DNA of 55,564 nt from assembly GCA_048213135.1 (NCBI GenBank), contig PS015277.1, positions 41,233 to 96,796 of the forward strand. The letters are read 5' to 3'. This document shows, piece after piece, positions 1 to 13,100 of this stretch (positions within the stretch are counted from its first letter, which is position 1; each line of letters begins with the position of its first letter). The notes beneath the pieces were generated by a model. That model saw only the letters and a program-made list of their open reading frames with translations. It made no database searches and had not been told where the DNA came from. The translations under genes were made by a program, and so were the position numbers. The DNA comes from Reclinomonas americana ATCC 50394. Lineage: Eukaryota.

Positions 1-1135
1 AAGGGGAACGTGTGAGCCAGCCAGTCACAACACGCAAAACACTTCACCCCCCACGCAACACTGTGGTTCCACGACCCTCCAGGCAGTCCTTGAGCAGCAA
101 GCCGAGCATGCTGTCCTCGTAGTGAATCTCGCTGGTGGGCCGGCGCTCGGAGATGTCGCGCAGCAGGGCGCGGAGCGTGCCGAGAGACGGGTTCGGGTTC
201 ATGTCGCGCTGTGCGCCCTTGTTCGGCTGTCGATCAATCAGCGAGTGCGCGAGGTCGACGAGCACAAGCTTGCCAGTGACCGACGTCTTGGTCAGCGGCC
301 TGAACGAGTCCACGAACAGCGTGTACACAATGTGTGAGCGGTAGCTCTCGCGACGCAGCACCACCCGGTCAAAGAGATCCTGCACGTGTCGGATTCGTCA
401 GACTCGCGTAACAAACACACACATAAAATGTTACACAAAACGAACCACCAGCGAGTCCTCGCTCTCCACTGTCAGCAGCTTGACATTGCGCAGGAACACA
501 TGCTGGCCGTCTTGCTCGTAAACAATCGATTCTGTCGAGGCGACGACATGCGCGTGAGATTTTCCATCAGAGACGCCGCTCTTGTCATAAAGATGCATGC
601 ACTCACCGTTGGTGAACTCGTCGTCCGAGAGAATGTCGCGGACACGGTTCTCCAGCACCTCGATCACGCTGACGCGCAGGCGCACCTGGCCGCGGTAGCT
701 CAACTCCTGCCGCTTGGCCTCAATCTGTCGATATGCGCGACTGACAATGCCAGGCTCAGGGGCCAGGCCCTTGGCTGTCGGCTCGCGACCATGCAGGGAG
801 AACTCCTTGCAGGCGCTGCCGAGGCCGTAGAACAGCAGGCCAACGGCGTTGCCCTCGAACAGCGAATCCACCATGGGTTCCAGAGGCGCGTACACCTCCT
901 GCAGCAAAAGGTGAGCGACGCGAGGAAAAAAATGTCGAGTAAAGCGAGTGAGACGGCACTCACCGGCTGCGTGTTGAGGTGATCAAACACGTGGTCAAAG
1001 TCGTAGCTGCGCGCGGCGTGCTCCACAAAGGTAATGGAGCGCGCATTGTCCACATCCATGGCGGCGGTCGGGTTCGAGAACCACTCCGAACCGGTAAATG
1101 GTCGCACACGGCAGTACACCTTGACCGTACCCGGA
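1..1135 (-). other. Kinesin-like domain 6 (degenerate, truncated by window edge)
   Basis: VKVYCRVRPF; YDFDHVFD; FYGLGSACKEFSLHG; YRSH; GKLVLVDLAHS; YEDSMLGLLLKDCLEG. Confidence 0.85.
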
Positions 1136-4100
1136 CCGCGCGAGGCCGCTGCACGAGAAACGGGGAAAAGGGAGCGTGAGATATTGACCAGCCAGACTCC
1201 TTTTGATGATGACTGAGACGCAACGAGTATCCGACGCCTGCGAGCACATCCACATGGTGGCGGGGGCCATTGGGCGCGTCGACGATGCCGGTGGTGATAC
1301 CGACTTGTTCGCACGCGCGGACGATCGACCAGCGCTTGATGCGCTGCGCGGACCGGGGCTCACTGTGGAGCGCGACGATGCCGTGGGCTGGCTCGACGCT
1401 GACGGCGGTGCACTGGCTGCCGCAGTCACTGCCGGTGCCTGTGTGTATGTGTGTGATTATTACGTCAGCAGGAGTGCAACAACTCGGCTCTGCACGCACC
1501 CGCCGTGGACTTCTGGTGTGCTTCACGCCCGCAAACTTGAGCGTGTTCAGCGTTTCGTCCACATCGAGTGCCGACGGTGACACGTGCAGGAACAGACTGC
1601 ACCGACAAATGTCAGACTCAACGATGACGACGACATGCAGAACACTTCCGGCGCGTCACACACGCAACATGGTGCGGAACGTCCGGCTAAACACATGCTG
1701 CAACAGCATGGTCAGCTTGTTCTCGCGCCAGCGCGGCACACGGTGGGTCGACGGATCCATCATGTTGCGCAGCAGGTTGCGCAGCGAGTTCAGCGACTGG
1801 TTGACGGCCACAGAATCTGCCTTGACCTGCAGGAGGAGAACGGAATCGACAATTGAGGTGTCGAACAATCGCTGCCACCACCGCACTCGAACAGACACGA
1901 AACCTCGATTTCGGTGCGCGTCTTGAACGCACGCTCGGAGCCAGCCAGATCCGCAAAGAACAGCGAGCCCTGAGCCGGCGGTGAAGACGGATCCGACAGC
2001 GAACGGAGCGTCACCACCACGCGGAAGAGCAGGTGTGAACGATCGGGAGTGCGGCGAGACATGGCCTCCTCCAGGCACATCTGCATCACCGAGATCAGTG
2101 AAACTTTGGGAAACCGAGACACACAACTGCCAGCGCCACTACTCACCATCGCATCCTCAAAGCAATCGACACGCATGTGAACTGCACCACGCACAAAAGC
2201 GCGATTGCGGCTCTTTGACATGTGCACCGTCAACTTGGGTACCAACTCGTCCTCGTTCTCCGGCTCGTACAGCAGATCGGTAATGTCCTCGCCGCACACT
2301 TGCAGAATGCTCCACACCACGTCGGTCACCTCGAGATCGTAATCTGCTCACAAACAGTGAGACGAGAGGAACACAACACCACTTCCATCCAGCAGCACAC
2401 CCACCTTCCAGTTGGCTCGGATCTTCGCTGGCAATCGCCTCACGCTGCGCACGGGTGCGCATGAAAATGCGGTTCAACGACCGTGCCAACAGACCTGTGT
2501 GCATTAGGCATTCAGCAAAAGGCATGCCCACCGAAACCAAGATGCTTGCCACACGTACCAGGATCACGCGGCTCGCCCAACATGGTGTGCGTCTTGCCGG
2601 CGCTCAACTGGCCGTACGAAATGATGCAGCTCTCGTGACCCGACAGGCACCACTCGAGCACATCGTCCACTGAAGCAGCCGCCTCCTGCTCAGCAGCAAC
2701 CATCGGTCAGTCATCGCCGAGAGGTAGCACGTGGAGGTCGACGCAACATCCTGAGTGACATTGTAGTCCAGGGCTCGGTCCACCGAGTAGTACTTGTACT
2801 CTTGCGACTTGACCTCGACACGCACAGTCTTCTCGTCCGGCATGTCGACAGCCGGCGAGTACTCGCCATGCTCCATCTCCAGGCGGTTGAGTGGGCGCAC
2901 ACGGCAGAACACACGCAACGCGCCAGAGCCGAGCAAGCCTGCCATGGATTCCAACCGTGAGAAACAGCGAGAGGCAAAAGCACATTCGACGGATACGCAA
3001 CTGGCTCCTGACACGGCCGAATCGGGGCGCGGAATCGGAGACTCGCGCGGCGTTTGTGTGGCCAGCGTCGGGCGCGCCTTGATGCGGTGGCCGAGAATCG
3101 AGCGGCCAAAGATCATGGTCTGTCGGCTTCCCTCCACGTCACCCTCCGTCGGTGCCACATGCAGGAACACGCTAATGGAACAAATCGCGGTGAGATGCAC
3201 GCCGACAGCAACTGTATCAAAAAAGGCACGCACATGGACTTGGCCGGGGGCTGCAGGCAATCGCGGCACACCATGGCGATCTTGCTCTCGCGCCACGGGG
3301 CACGTCCCTGAATGAGCTTGTGCAGCACATTCTGCAGAGCGGCGAGCGAGGCGTTCGGGTTGACCTCCTCCACGGCGGCCTGCGTCGGCACCAATCCAGT
3401 GGCCAGCTCCACAAAGCACAGCTTGCCCACGGTCTTGGTCTTGGTGCGCGGGTCAAACACCTCCACCCACAACGTCACCAAAATGTGCGCCTTGTACGTG
3501 CTGCGATGTGCCAGCGAGTCCGTCACCACCTCCATCACGTCGTGGTACGTGTCCACCGGCACGACTTCGACATGCTCCAAGTACACCTCGCCCGACGCCA
3601 TCATGCGCACCGACGGCTGACGAGCGGCAGCCAAGCTACGGCGCTTGGCATCGGCGCTCTTCTCGGCCGACGAGCTCGTCACAAAGTCGGGTCTTCGTGG
3701 CCGCGACTTGCGCGGAGCATCGTCCGTTGTCAACACGGCAGAAGTCTTGCGCAGGTGATCCTTGGTCTCCTTGGCCATCAAATCGACCATGGTGTCACCC
3801 TGCTCGCACATCGACAGAATGAGCGCCTCTAATCTTGCAATGGTACAAAAAACACAGTGTCATGTGGCGCGCCACGCACCCGCAGCTCCAAGACAGACGC
3901 TCGAATGGTGATTGTCTCCGTCTCCTCGTCGACCTTGCGCTGGAAGAAGCGATGGCACACCAACCCCAGCATCTCTGGTGGTCACATGCAAACACTGGGC
4001 GTCAGCCAAACGAAAAGCAAACGACTATTAGAATAACAAGTACACACCACTGGAGAAGCTGCTCTCTTCCAACGCCTTGCCACTGTCCATGGAACCGGCG

Positions 4101-7100
4101 CAGAAAATGGCAGCGCCGTAGCCGTTCATGGCATGCGTCGCAAGTTCGTCGACGTGCTTCTCCGCCGACTGTTACGCGCACACAACAACAGTGGTGAGAT
4201 CGAGCACCGTCGCTGCATGCGTTACCCGTGCGTGCAACTTNNNNNNNNNNNNNNNNNNNNNNNNNNNNNNNNNNNNNNNNNNNNNNNNNNNNNNNNNNNN
4301 NNNNNNNNNNNNNNNNNNNNNNNNNNNNNNNNNNNNNNNNNNNNNNNNNNNNNNNNNNNNNNNNNNNNNNNNNNNNNNNNNNNNNNNNNNNNNNNNNNNN
4401 NNNNNNNNNNNNNNNNNNNNNNNNNNNNNNNNNNNNNNNNNNNNNNNNNNNNNNNNNNNNNNNNNNNNNNNNNNNNNNNNNNNNNNNNNNNNNNNNNNNN
4501 NNNNNNNNNNNNNNNNNNNNNNNNNNNNNNNNNNNNNNNNNNNNNNNNNNNNNNNNNNNNNNNNNNNNNNNNNNNNNNNNNNNNNNNNNNNNNNNNNNNN
4601 NNNNNNNNNNNNNNNNNNNNNNNNNNNNNNNNNNNNNNNNNNNNNNNNNNNNNNNNNNNNNNNNNNNNNNNNNNNNNNNNNNNNNNNNNNNNNNNNNNNN
4701 NNNNNNNNNNNNNNNNNNNNNNNNNNNNNNNNNNNNNNNNNNNNNNNNNNNNNNNNNNNNNNNNNNNNNNNNNNNNNNNNNNNNNNNNNNNNNNNNNNNN
4801 NNNNNNNNNNNNNNNNNNNNNNNNNNNNNNNNNNNNNNNNNNNNNNNNNNNNNNNNNNNNNNNNNNNNNNNNNNNNNNNNNNNNNNNNNNNNNNNNNNNN
4901 NNNNNNNNNNNNNNNNNNNNNNNNNNNNNNNNNNNNNNNNNNNNNNNNNNNNNNNNNNNNNNNNNNNNNNNNNNNNNNNNNNNNNNNNNNNNNNNNNNNN
5001 NNNNNNNNNNNNNNNNNNNNNNNNNNNNNNNNNNNNNNNNNNNNNNNNNNNNNNNNNNNNACCGCCATGGAAGACTCAAAATCGTAGGCGCGGTGGAAGC
5101 GGTACTCGTTGCCGTCGGTCAAACGCACAGTGTCCTCGGTTGGGCACGACACCGCCTGCTGCTCCTCCCAGTAGTCTTCGTCGTCGTAGAACGGGCGCAC
5201 CAACACGGCCACAGTGACGTCGCCAGGCTGGCCGGCAGCTGCGCGGCCGTGATTGGTGGGCGCAGAAGAAAACTGTGACTCGGAGGCACCATCGGCTGCG
5301 CGCACAACAACAACAACAATGAGCATTCGACGTTGGTGACACCACGACGACGACGACGAGGGACGCACAATCTGGAGGCGCAGGGCGGGCACCGGCGACA
5401 ATACCAGACGCGCGACGCGACGAGTCCGGCGGTGCCGACTCGGCATTGGCGTCGCGCTGAGGCACCTCCACGACCTGCGTGTGCGCACCAGACGGACGGC
5501 TGCGCTTGCGGCGCTGCTGCAAGATGGAGGCGCGGAAGAAGCCATAACGCAGCGCCTGCGTCGTGGCCGGCAACGCGCCAGCAAACGGACTGATGCACAC
5601 AAACAGCACCGACTTGTAGCGCTTCTGGAACGCCATGTGCAACAGCATGGTCAGCTTGCTCTCGCGCCATTGCACGTGCGGGTGGGTGAGATCTGCCAAA
5701 CACAAAGGCAATGGAGTCGTCAGCAACAGCAGGCGGGGAGTCAGTCTGTCTGCTGGAGAGACAGTGCGCAACTCTGCTGATTGGGAACGCTCTGCACCAG
5801 CTTGCGCTTGTTGTACACACGTCCGACCTCCATCACTTGATCGGGCGACAACGAGAGGCTAGTGAGCACATCCTGCAGCGCCTTGAACGAGTGCGACACC
5901 GGCAGGGCGTCGCGCAGATACTGCGGCTTGTCCGCATGGCCCGTCAGGTCGTCCTCGGTGACTTGCGCGGCCAGGTCGGCGAAAATGAGCTTGCCACGAG
6001 TCGGCACGCGCTGGTCCGGCGCCTGGATGTCGACGTAGAAGATGTAGACCGTGTGGCAGCGGTTGGATGCCGAGACCGAGTTGGCCTCCACCGACTCGAA
6101 CAGGATCTGCACGACNNNNNNNNNNNNNNNNNNNNNNNNNNNNNNNNNNNNNNNNNNNNNNNNNNNNNNNNNNNNNNNNNNNNNNNNNNNNNNNNNNNNN
6201 NNNNNNNNNNNNNNNNNNNNNNNNNNNNNNNNNNNNNNNNNNNNNNNNNNNNNNNNNNNNNNNNNNNNNNNNNNNNNNNNNNNNNNNNNNNNNNNNNNNN
6301 NNNNNNNNNNNNNNNNNNNNNNNNNNNNNNNNNNNNNNNNNNNNNNNNNNNNNNNNNNNNNNNNNNNNNNNNNNNNNNNNNNNNNNNNNNNNNNNNNNNN
6401 NNNNNNNNNNNNNNNNNNNNNNNNNNNNNNNNNNNNNNNNNNNNNNNNNNNNNNNNNNNNNNNNNNNNNNNNNNNNNNNNNNNNNNNNNNNNNNNNNNNN
6501 NNNNNNNNNNNNNNNNNNNNNNNNNNNNNNNNNNNNNNNNNNNNNNNNNNNNNNNNNNNNNNNNNNNNNNNNNNNNNNNNNNNNNNNNNNNNNNNNNNNN
6601 NNNNNNNNNNNNNNNNNNNNNNNNNNNNNNNNNNNNNNNNNNNNNNNNNNNNNNNNNNNNNNNNNNNNNNNNNNNNNNNNNNNNNNNNNNNNNNNNNNNN
6701 NNNNNNNNNNNNNNNNNNNNNNNNNNNNNNNNNNNNNNNNNNNNNNNNNNNNNNNNNNNNNNNNNNNNNNNNNNNNNNNNNNNNNNNNNNNNNNNNNNNN
6801 NNNNNNNNNNNNNNNAACAGTGAGCACGCAGCGAACAGAGCAACATGAAACAGTCGGCAACCCGTCGCAACTCCAGTGGCTTCCATGTTCTCCAGTGGCA
6901 GCACCAACGCATGCTCCACGTACACCTCACCGGCGCGAGTGACGCGCAGTGCGAGGCGCTCCGACGGCGGCACGTCCGTGTCACTGTTCTCAAACGCCGT
7001 GCGCAGCAGGTCCTCAATCTCGTCCGACGGCGTCAAGCGCACCACCGAGGCGCGCACCGACACCACAGTGCCCGACGACTGACGCATCGATTCGGCCTGT

Positions 7101-10100
7101 TCGAACAGCTTGCTCAGCGACAGCGGCAGCACACCTGCCACCAGAACATGTGAGAAACGCAATCCAGCAATGGATGGGAAACGCACTTCATCACTCACCC
7201 CACTCGCTCTCGCCCAGCAACGTGAATGTCTTGCCAGAGCCGGCATCGCCGTAGAACAGCATCGAAGAGTCGTTGCCCTGCAGCGCCCAGTCCACCAGCT
7301 CGACGGCGCTACCAAACACCTCCGACTGCGTGGCCTCAGGGCCATAGGCGTGATCCATCAGGAACGACTTGCCGTTGTTGAGGTAGACAGTGTCCTCGTC
7401 GGCGATGCGCGAGATGCCAACGCGATCGACCACAGTCGGATCATTGTCCTCTTCCTCGTTCAGCGGGCGCACACGAGAAATCACACGAATATCTCCTGGC
7501 GACTCGGCAGCCTCCGACTTGCCAGCCGCAATAAACTGGTACGTCGGCTTGACCGACTCGTACTTCTGTCGCATTGACCACCGACAAAAGTTAGTTCACC
7601 ACAGGGGAAGAGCAGGGTCGAGTGCAAGGGCACGAAACTCGGCCAGCAAGCTCGCGACGAATGTCTGCAAACTGCATCGTCAGCAGGTTGTCCTCCAAGT
7701 CGTGCTCCATTGGTGAAATGTGCGTGTAGAGCAGAATGCGCGAGTTGAACTCCATGCAATCGCGGACGAGGTGCGTCAGCTTGTTCTCGCGGAAGCGCGG
7801 GTACGACTGCGACTTGCCGGCGTCCATGATGCAGCGCATCGTCGATCGCAGGTGCATGAGGGTCTGGTTGGCCACGGTGCTGCCAGAGGTGATGTCGTCG
7901 CGGTAGTGTGCCTGCTCAGGCGTCGGCAAATCCACCAGGGCGACCTTGCCCACCAGCTCGTCACCCGTGCGTCGGTTGGTCGTCTGCACGTAAATAATGA
8001 TCACCAAGCTCGTCAGCAGGCGTGCGACACCGTGCTCCAGCGCGCGGAGGCGACGGGCGACTCCTGGCACGCGCTGCGCGTGGAGAACAAAGAAGAAAAT
8101 AAAGATGTGAGACCATCCATCAGGTGAACCACAAAAATAGTCATGTCGACGCACCCACAGCTCCTCGGCATCCATGCGCTCGGTGACCACATTCTCCAAA
8201 ATCGTCTCGCCATTCGCGGCAGTGCGGATGACCACCTTTTCCTGCACGAGGCATTACTGTGTCAAAGCAGAATAGGAAACACGACGGCCACCGGTGAACC
8301 ACACCTTGGCAGAGCGACGGCCCACCAGATCGGAAATCACATCGCCGTCCACATCGAGTACCGCACACGTCCAGCGAATGTTCTCAATGTCGGGATGATC
8401 GGGGGCGCTGTCGCGAATCTGGCGCGTGAGCTCGCTGATCAAATGACCAAAGAGTCCCTGGTTCGGCTCGTCCGGCGTGCCAAACATCGACGCCAGCTTG
8501 TCGCCAGACTTGGCGCCATACGCAAACACCGACGAGGAACGGCCGTCCAGAGCACCGTCAATCAGGCTCTTGAAGCGCGCACGAATCACGTCGTCGTCGA
8601 CGGTCGGCGGGAAACCCGTGTCCACCTTGAACGTGGATCCGTCAATGAGGTCGACCTGGTGGCCATTGAAGCCCGAGACCACCACCGACTGCACGGCAGA
8701 GGCGAAAGTGAGTGGCGGCGAGAGTAGCACAAAATCTTCTTCTCCCCTACAACTCACCGTCGGTGGCTCCTCGTTCGCCTGACCGCGCTCCTCCTCGGCG
8801 TACTGGCGCACACGGGTAACGACCTTGACGTCACCGAAAACGCGCTCGCCGTCGGCCCCGAAACCGAGCTGGTTCTGCGAGCCCTCACCAGCACCGGCCG
8901 GACCCATTTGCTCGGCCACGCGCGACTTGATCGAGCGCGAGCTCACCGGTCCACTGGCGCCATCGCCACGCTGCTGCTGCTGGCCCTCGTCTCCGTACCA
9001 GCCAAAGTGCAGCGTCTGACGCGTCTTCTCCAGCTCGCTGGCGGTGGGTGCAACCGTCAAAATGACGGCCAACGACGCCGGCTCCGTGAAAAAGTCCTTC
9101 AGGAACATGGTCAGCTTGCTTTCGCGGTAGCGCACCACCGGCTGATCGCCCGCATGCGCCGGCGGCTCAGCCAGTGCGCGGAGCACGTTGCGCGTTGCCG
9201 TCACCGACTGGTTGGTGCGAATGCCCTCGGGACTCAGCTGTGTGGCAATAAAGTGAATATGTGGCGAGCGCTACAGCAACGCGGGGGAAAAGAGGCGACG
9301 CACCACCATGCGTCCGGCGCGATTCGTGCGCACAGCCGGCACCAAATCCACGCACACAATGCGGGTCTCGAACACTGTGGCCTCTGCGATGAAGAGAAAG
9401 CGAATCAGGCGACGAGCGAGAAATCGATTTTCGTGCGACGCATACTCAACTGTCTTCCTCGCCCGGCATCCATGTGGACACGAACACGTTGAACGTCACG
9501 ACCACGTGGGCGACAGATCGCAGTGCCGCCTCGCCGTCGGCGTTGATGAATGACACAAACGTGCGCGCGCCAAACGACTGCTGCAGTGTCTCCTGTTGTC
9601 GACAGATTGAGAACGACAAGGAAGGACAAAAGGAGGGGAGTCAAAGAGAACCAACCTTCAGCACATCGGCATCCTCGCCCGGACGCTCATCGAGGCCCTT
9701 GAAGATCACCGAGTGACCAATGACGCGGACGCTGATTTTGCTGTCCTCGCCGCGCGAAGCCTTGATGAGGTCATTCGCTTCGTCGCCGCACATTTGCGCC
9801 ACCGAGTAGTTGAAGGCCAGTGAGCCGTTCTCTCCCGGCTCACCAAACTCGAACGATGCCGGATCACGCTCCAGCCGGTCACGTTGTGAGCACAGCTTCT
9901 GGCACACCGTCAACAGGAACTCTGCACGTCAAGTAAGCAGACTGCCCGTTATCAAACAGACTGTGCGCGCGCACAGAAACGTACCCTCAAAGACGCGACC
10001 ACGGCCAGACTCCACGTGGCCGTGGAAAATCAGGCATCGGTTGTGTCCGCGCAGAGCATCCACGACGGCTGCACTGGTGATCTCCTCGACCACCTCACGC

Positions 10101-13100
10101 TTGGTGTCCGACGACACAACGCGATCGTAGTCGTAGCGGTGTCCGTCGGGGAGCACCACAGTGTTGCCGTCGACCACCTCGTAGACCTGCATGGGGGGTG
10201 AGTGAGAGTGAGTGTGGAGAATATGTGCTTTTGCGACAGTGAGGGGGAAAGCGCACCGGACGAGCGTTGCCATTGTCTGACTCCTTTTGCGTGAAATTGC
10301 GAGAAATGGTCTGCACCGAGAACGGGCGACGCCACTCCGAGCCATCCTCGAGCTGCACGGGCGTGCGACCACAGAACACATTGATCTCTGGCTCGACAAC
10401 CTCCACTGCTGCTCACGAAAAACTGCGCAGTGAGCGTTTTTCAGCAGCCAGTGAGCGTGTGAAGAGCGCACGCAACGAGCAGAGGGTGCAGGCGGCGGGC
10501 GCTGGACCACAGGCGCTGGAGCCTCGCGCTGCTGCTGCTGCTGCTGTGGAGGCGCAGCTTGTGGAGCCTTCGGCGGTGACGGAGGCTTCTGCTTCGGGCT
10601 CTCAGGCTGCACGTTCCACCAACAGCGTCAGTGTCCACACGGACAACAGTACACACACGCGCACACACGCAAGATCAAACACACCTTTTCAGGGCTGGAC
10701 TCGGGCGTCGGGTACTCTGGCGGTGGGGGCGCTTGCTTCTTCGGCTCCGGCAGCGGAGGCGTGTAACGCAGCTCCTCTTCCGACTCGGCGCCGCCCTCGC
10801 CCTCCTCACCGTACTCGTACACGTAGTAGTCCTCGTCAACGAGCTCTTCCTCCACAGCCGCCGCGCTCTTTTGTACCTTGGGCGATTGGCTGTCACTGTG
10901 GTGCGATCACACCCATCGGTGAGCGCCAACTGGCGAATAGACGAAAAAATCAAGACCAACAAAACCACGCACCGTGGCTGCTCGCGCATCGTAATTGACT
11001 GCGGCTGCGACGACTGCTGCGCGGATCCAGAAGCGGCACTGACCACACCGCTCTTCACCTCGGATGCTGCCGGCTGCGCGCCCTTGTTGTCGGCATTCTT
11101 CACCGACGGCAATCCGGTGCTCCACACCTCATTGGAGTCCACGTCGGTGGTGTCACCATCGGTTTCCTCCTCCTCCTCACCGCCACCCTCCTCGTAGTAC
11201 TCGTAAAAGACCTCCTCGCCACCGACCTCGGTCTGCTGTACCTCTTGTGTCTGGCGTGAAGCGTCCTCCGCAGCACGACGGGNNNNNNNNNNNNNNNNNN
11301 NNCTGCCTGCTCGCGCAAGTCTTGCACACGGCGCGCCTCCTGCGCCTGCCGCTGCTCCTCCTCGCGCTGCTGGCGCTGCTGCTGCTGCAGCTGTTGTTGT
11401 TGCTGCTGTTGCTGCTGTTGGCGCTGCAACTCTTCGCGCTCTGCCGCCTCCTCGTCCTCACTGAACTCTTCCTCCTCCTCGGCACCGCCTTCGCCCTCGT
11501 AGTACACCTCCTCAAAGTACTCTTCCTCCTCCCTACAAGTGCGTGTCAGCACCATCGTTACCTCCACAATGTCCCTGCACTGGCGACGGAAAAAGAACGC
11601 AACATGGCTGGTGCTGCGGCGGCGGCCGCGGCGACGGCGGCGGCTCGTGGCTGAGTGGAAGCGGCAGGGGCGGCGCGTGGTGGCGCCGGCGCATCCTCCT
11701 CTTCATCATCAGTCACCTCCATCACCTCCTCCTCCATCTCCGCCTCGCCATCCTGACCCGCCTCATCCTCATCGTCCGACACCTCCNNNNNNNNNNNNNN
11801 NNNNNNNNNNNNNNNNNNNNNNNNNNNNNNNNNNNNNNNNNNNNNNNNNNNNNNNNNNNNNNNNNNNNNNNNNNNNNNNNNNNNNNNNNNNNNNNNNNNN
11901 NNNNNNNNNNNNNNNNNNNNNNNNNNNNNNNNNNNNNNNNNNNNNNNNNNNNNNNNNNNNNNNNNNNNNNNNNNNNNNNNNNNNNNNNNNNNNNNNNNNN
12001 NNNNNNNNNNNNNNNNNNNNNNNNNNNNNNNNNNNNNNNNNNNNNNNNNNNNNNNNNNNNNNNNNNNNNNNNNNNNNNNNNNNNNNNNNNNNNNNNNNNN
12101 NNNNNNNNNNNNNNNNNNNNNNNNNNNNNNNNNNNNNNNNNNNNNNNNNNNNNNNNNNNNNNNNNNNNNNNNNNNNNNNNNNNNNNNNNNNNNNNNNNNN
12201 NNNNNNNNNNNNNNNNNNNNNNNNNNNNNNNNNNNNNNNNNNNNNNNNNNNNNNNNNNNNNNNNNNNNNNNNNNNNNNNNNNNNNNNNNNNNNNNNNNNN
12301 NNNNNNNNNNNNNNNNNNNNNNNNNNNNNNNNNNNNNNNNNNNNNNNNNNNNNNNNNNNNNNNNNNNNNNNNNNNNNNNNNNNNNNNNNNNNNNNNNNNN
12401 NNNNNNNNNNNNNNNNNNNNNNNNNNNNNNNNNNNNNNNNNNNNNNNNNNNNNNNNNNNNNNNNNNNNNNNNNNNNNNNNNNNNNNNNNNNNNNNNNNNN
12501 NNNNNNNNNNNNNNNNNNNNNNNNNNNNNNNNNNNNNNNNNNNNNNNNNNNNNNNNNNNNNNNNNNNNNNNNNNNNNNNNNNNNNNNNNNNNNNNNNNNN
12601 NNNNNNNNNNNNNNNNNNNNNNNNNNNNNNNNNNNNNNNNNNNNNNNNNNNNNNNNNNNNNNNNNNNNACGTCCACATACTTGGTCGTGGTAATGTACCG
12701 CGTGGTGACTGTGTGGGCGTTTCCCTGCGCATCACGCTCGGTGTGCTCCTGAATATCCTCCGACACCTGCGTCTTGTCGTCCAGGTTGTATTGCTGCGCG
12801 TGCGCACACGGGTGAGCGCAAGAGAGAGGGAGGGGAGGGAGGAGAGATAAGGGGAGGGGGAGGGGGAGAGGGAGAGGGAGAGAGAAAGGGAGAGGGACAG
12901 AGAAGGGTGGGAGGAAGGGTGGGAGGAGTTGCAGAGTGTGTGCAGGAGAGAGAGACACAGAGTGTGTGAGAGTGTGTGCAAGCGTGTATGTATGCAGAAG
13001 AGAGTGTGTGCCCAAGGAGAGAGAAGGAGAATCGCTGTTCCAACGGCACCCACCCTGTGCATTTCGCGATCGCCTGCTGGCGGCAGCTCCTCCTGCACAT

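Noticed and set aside
1-10385. Cluster of separate kinesin genes or pseudogenes
   Set aside because: No stop, start or intergenic sequence between domains; frames stay open and introns restore phase at every join. Disfavoured, but not excluded without cDNA.
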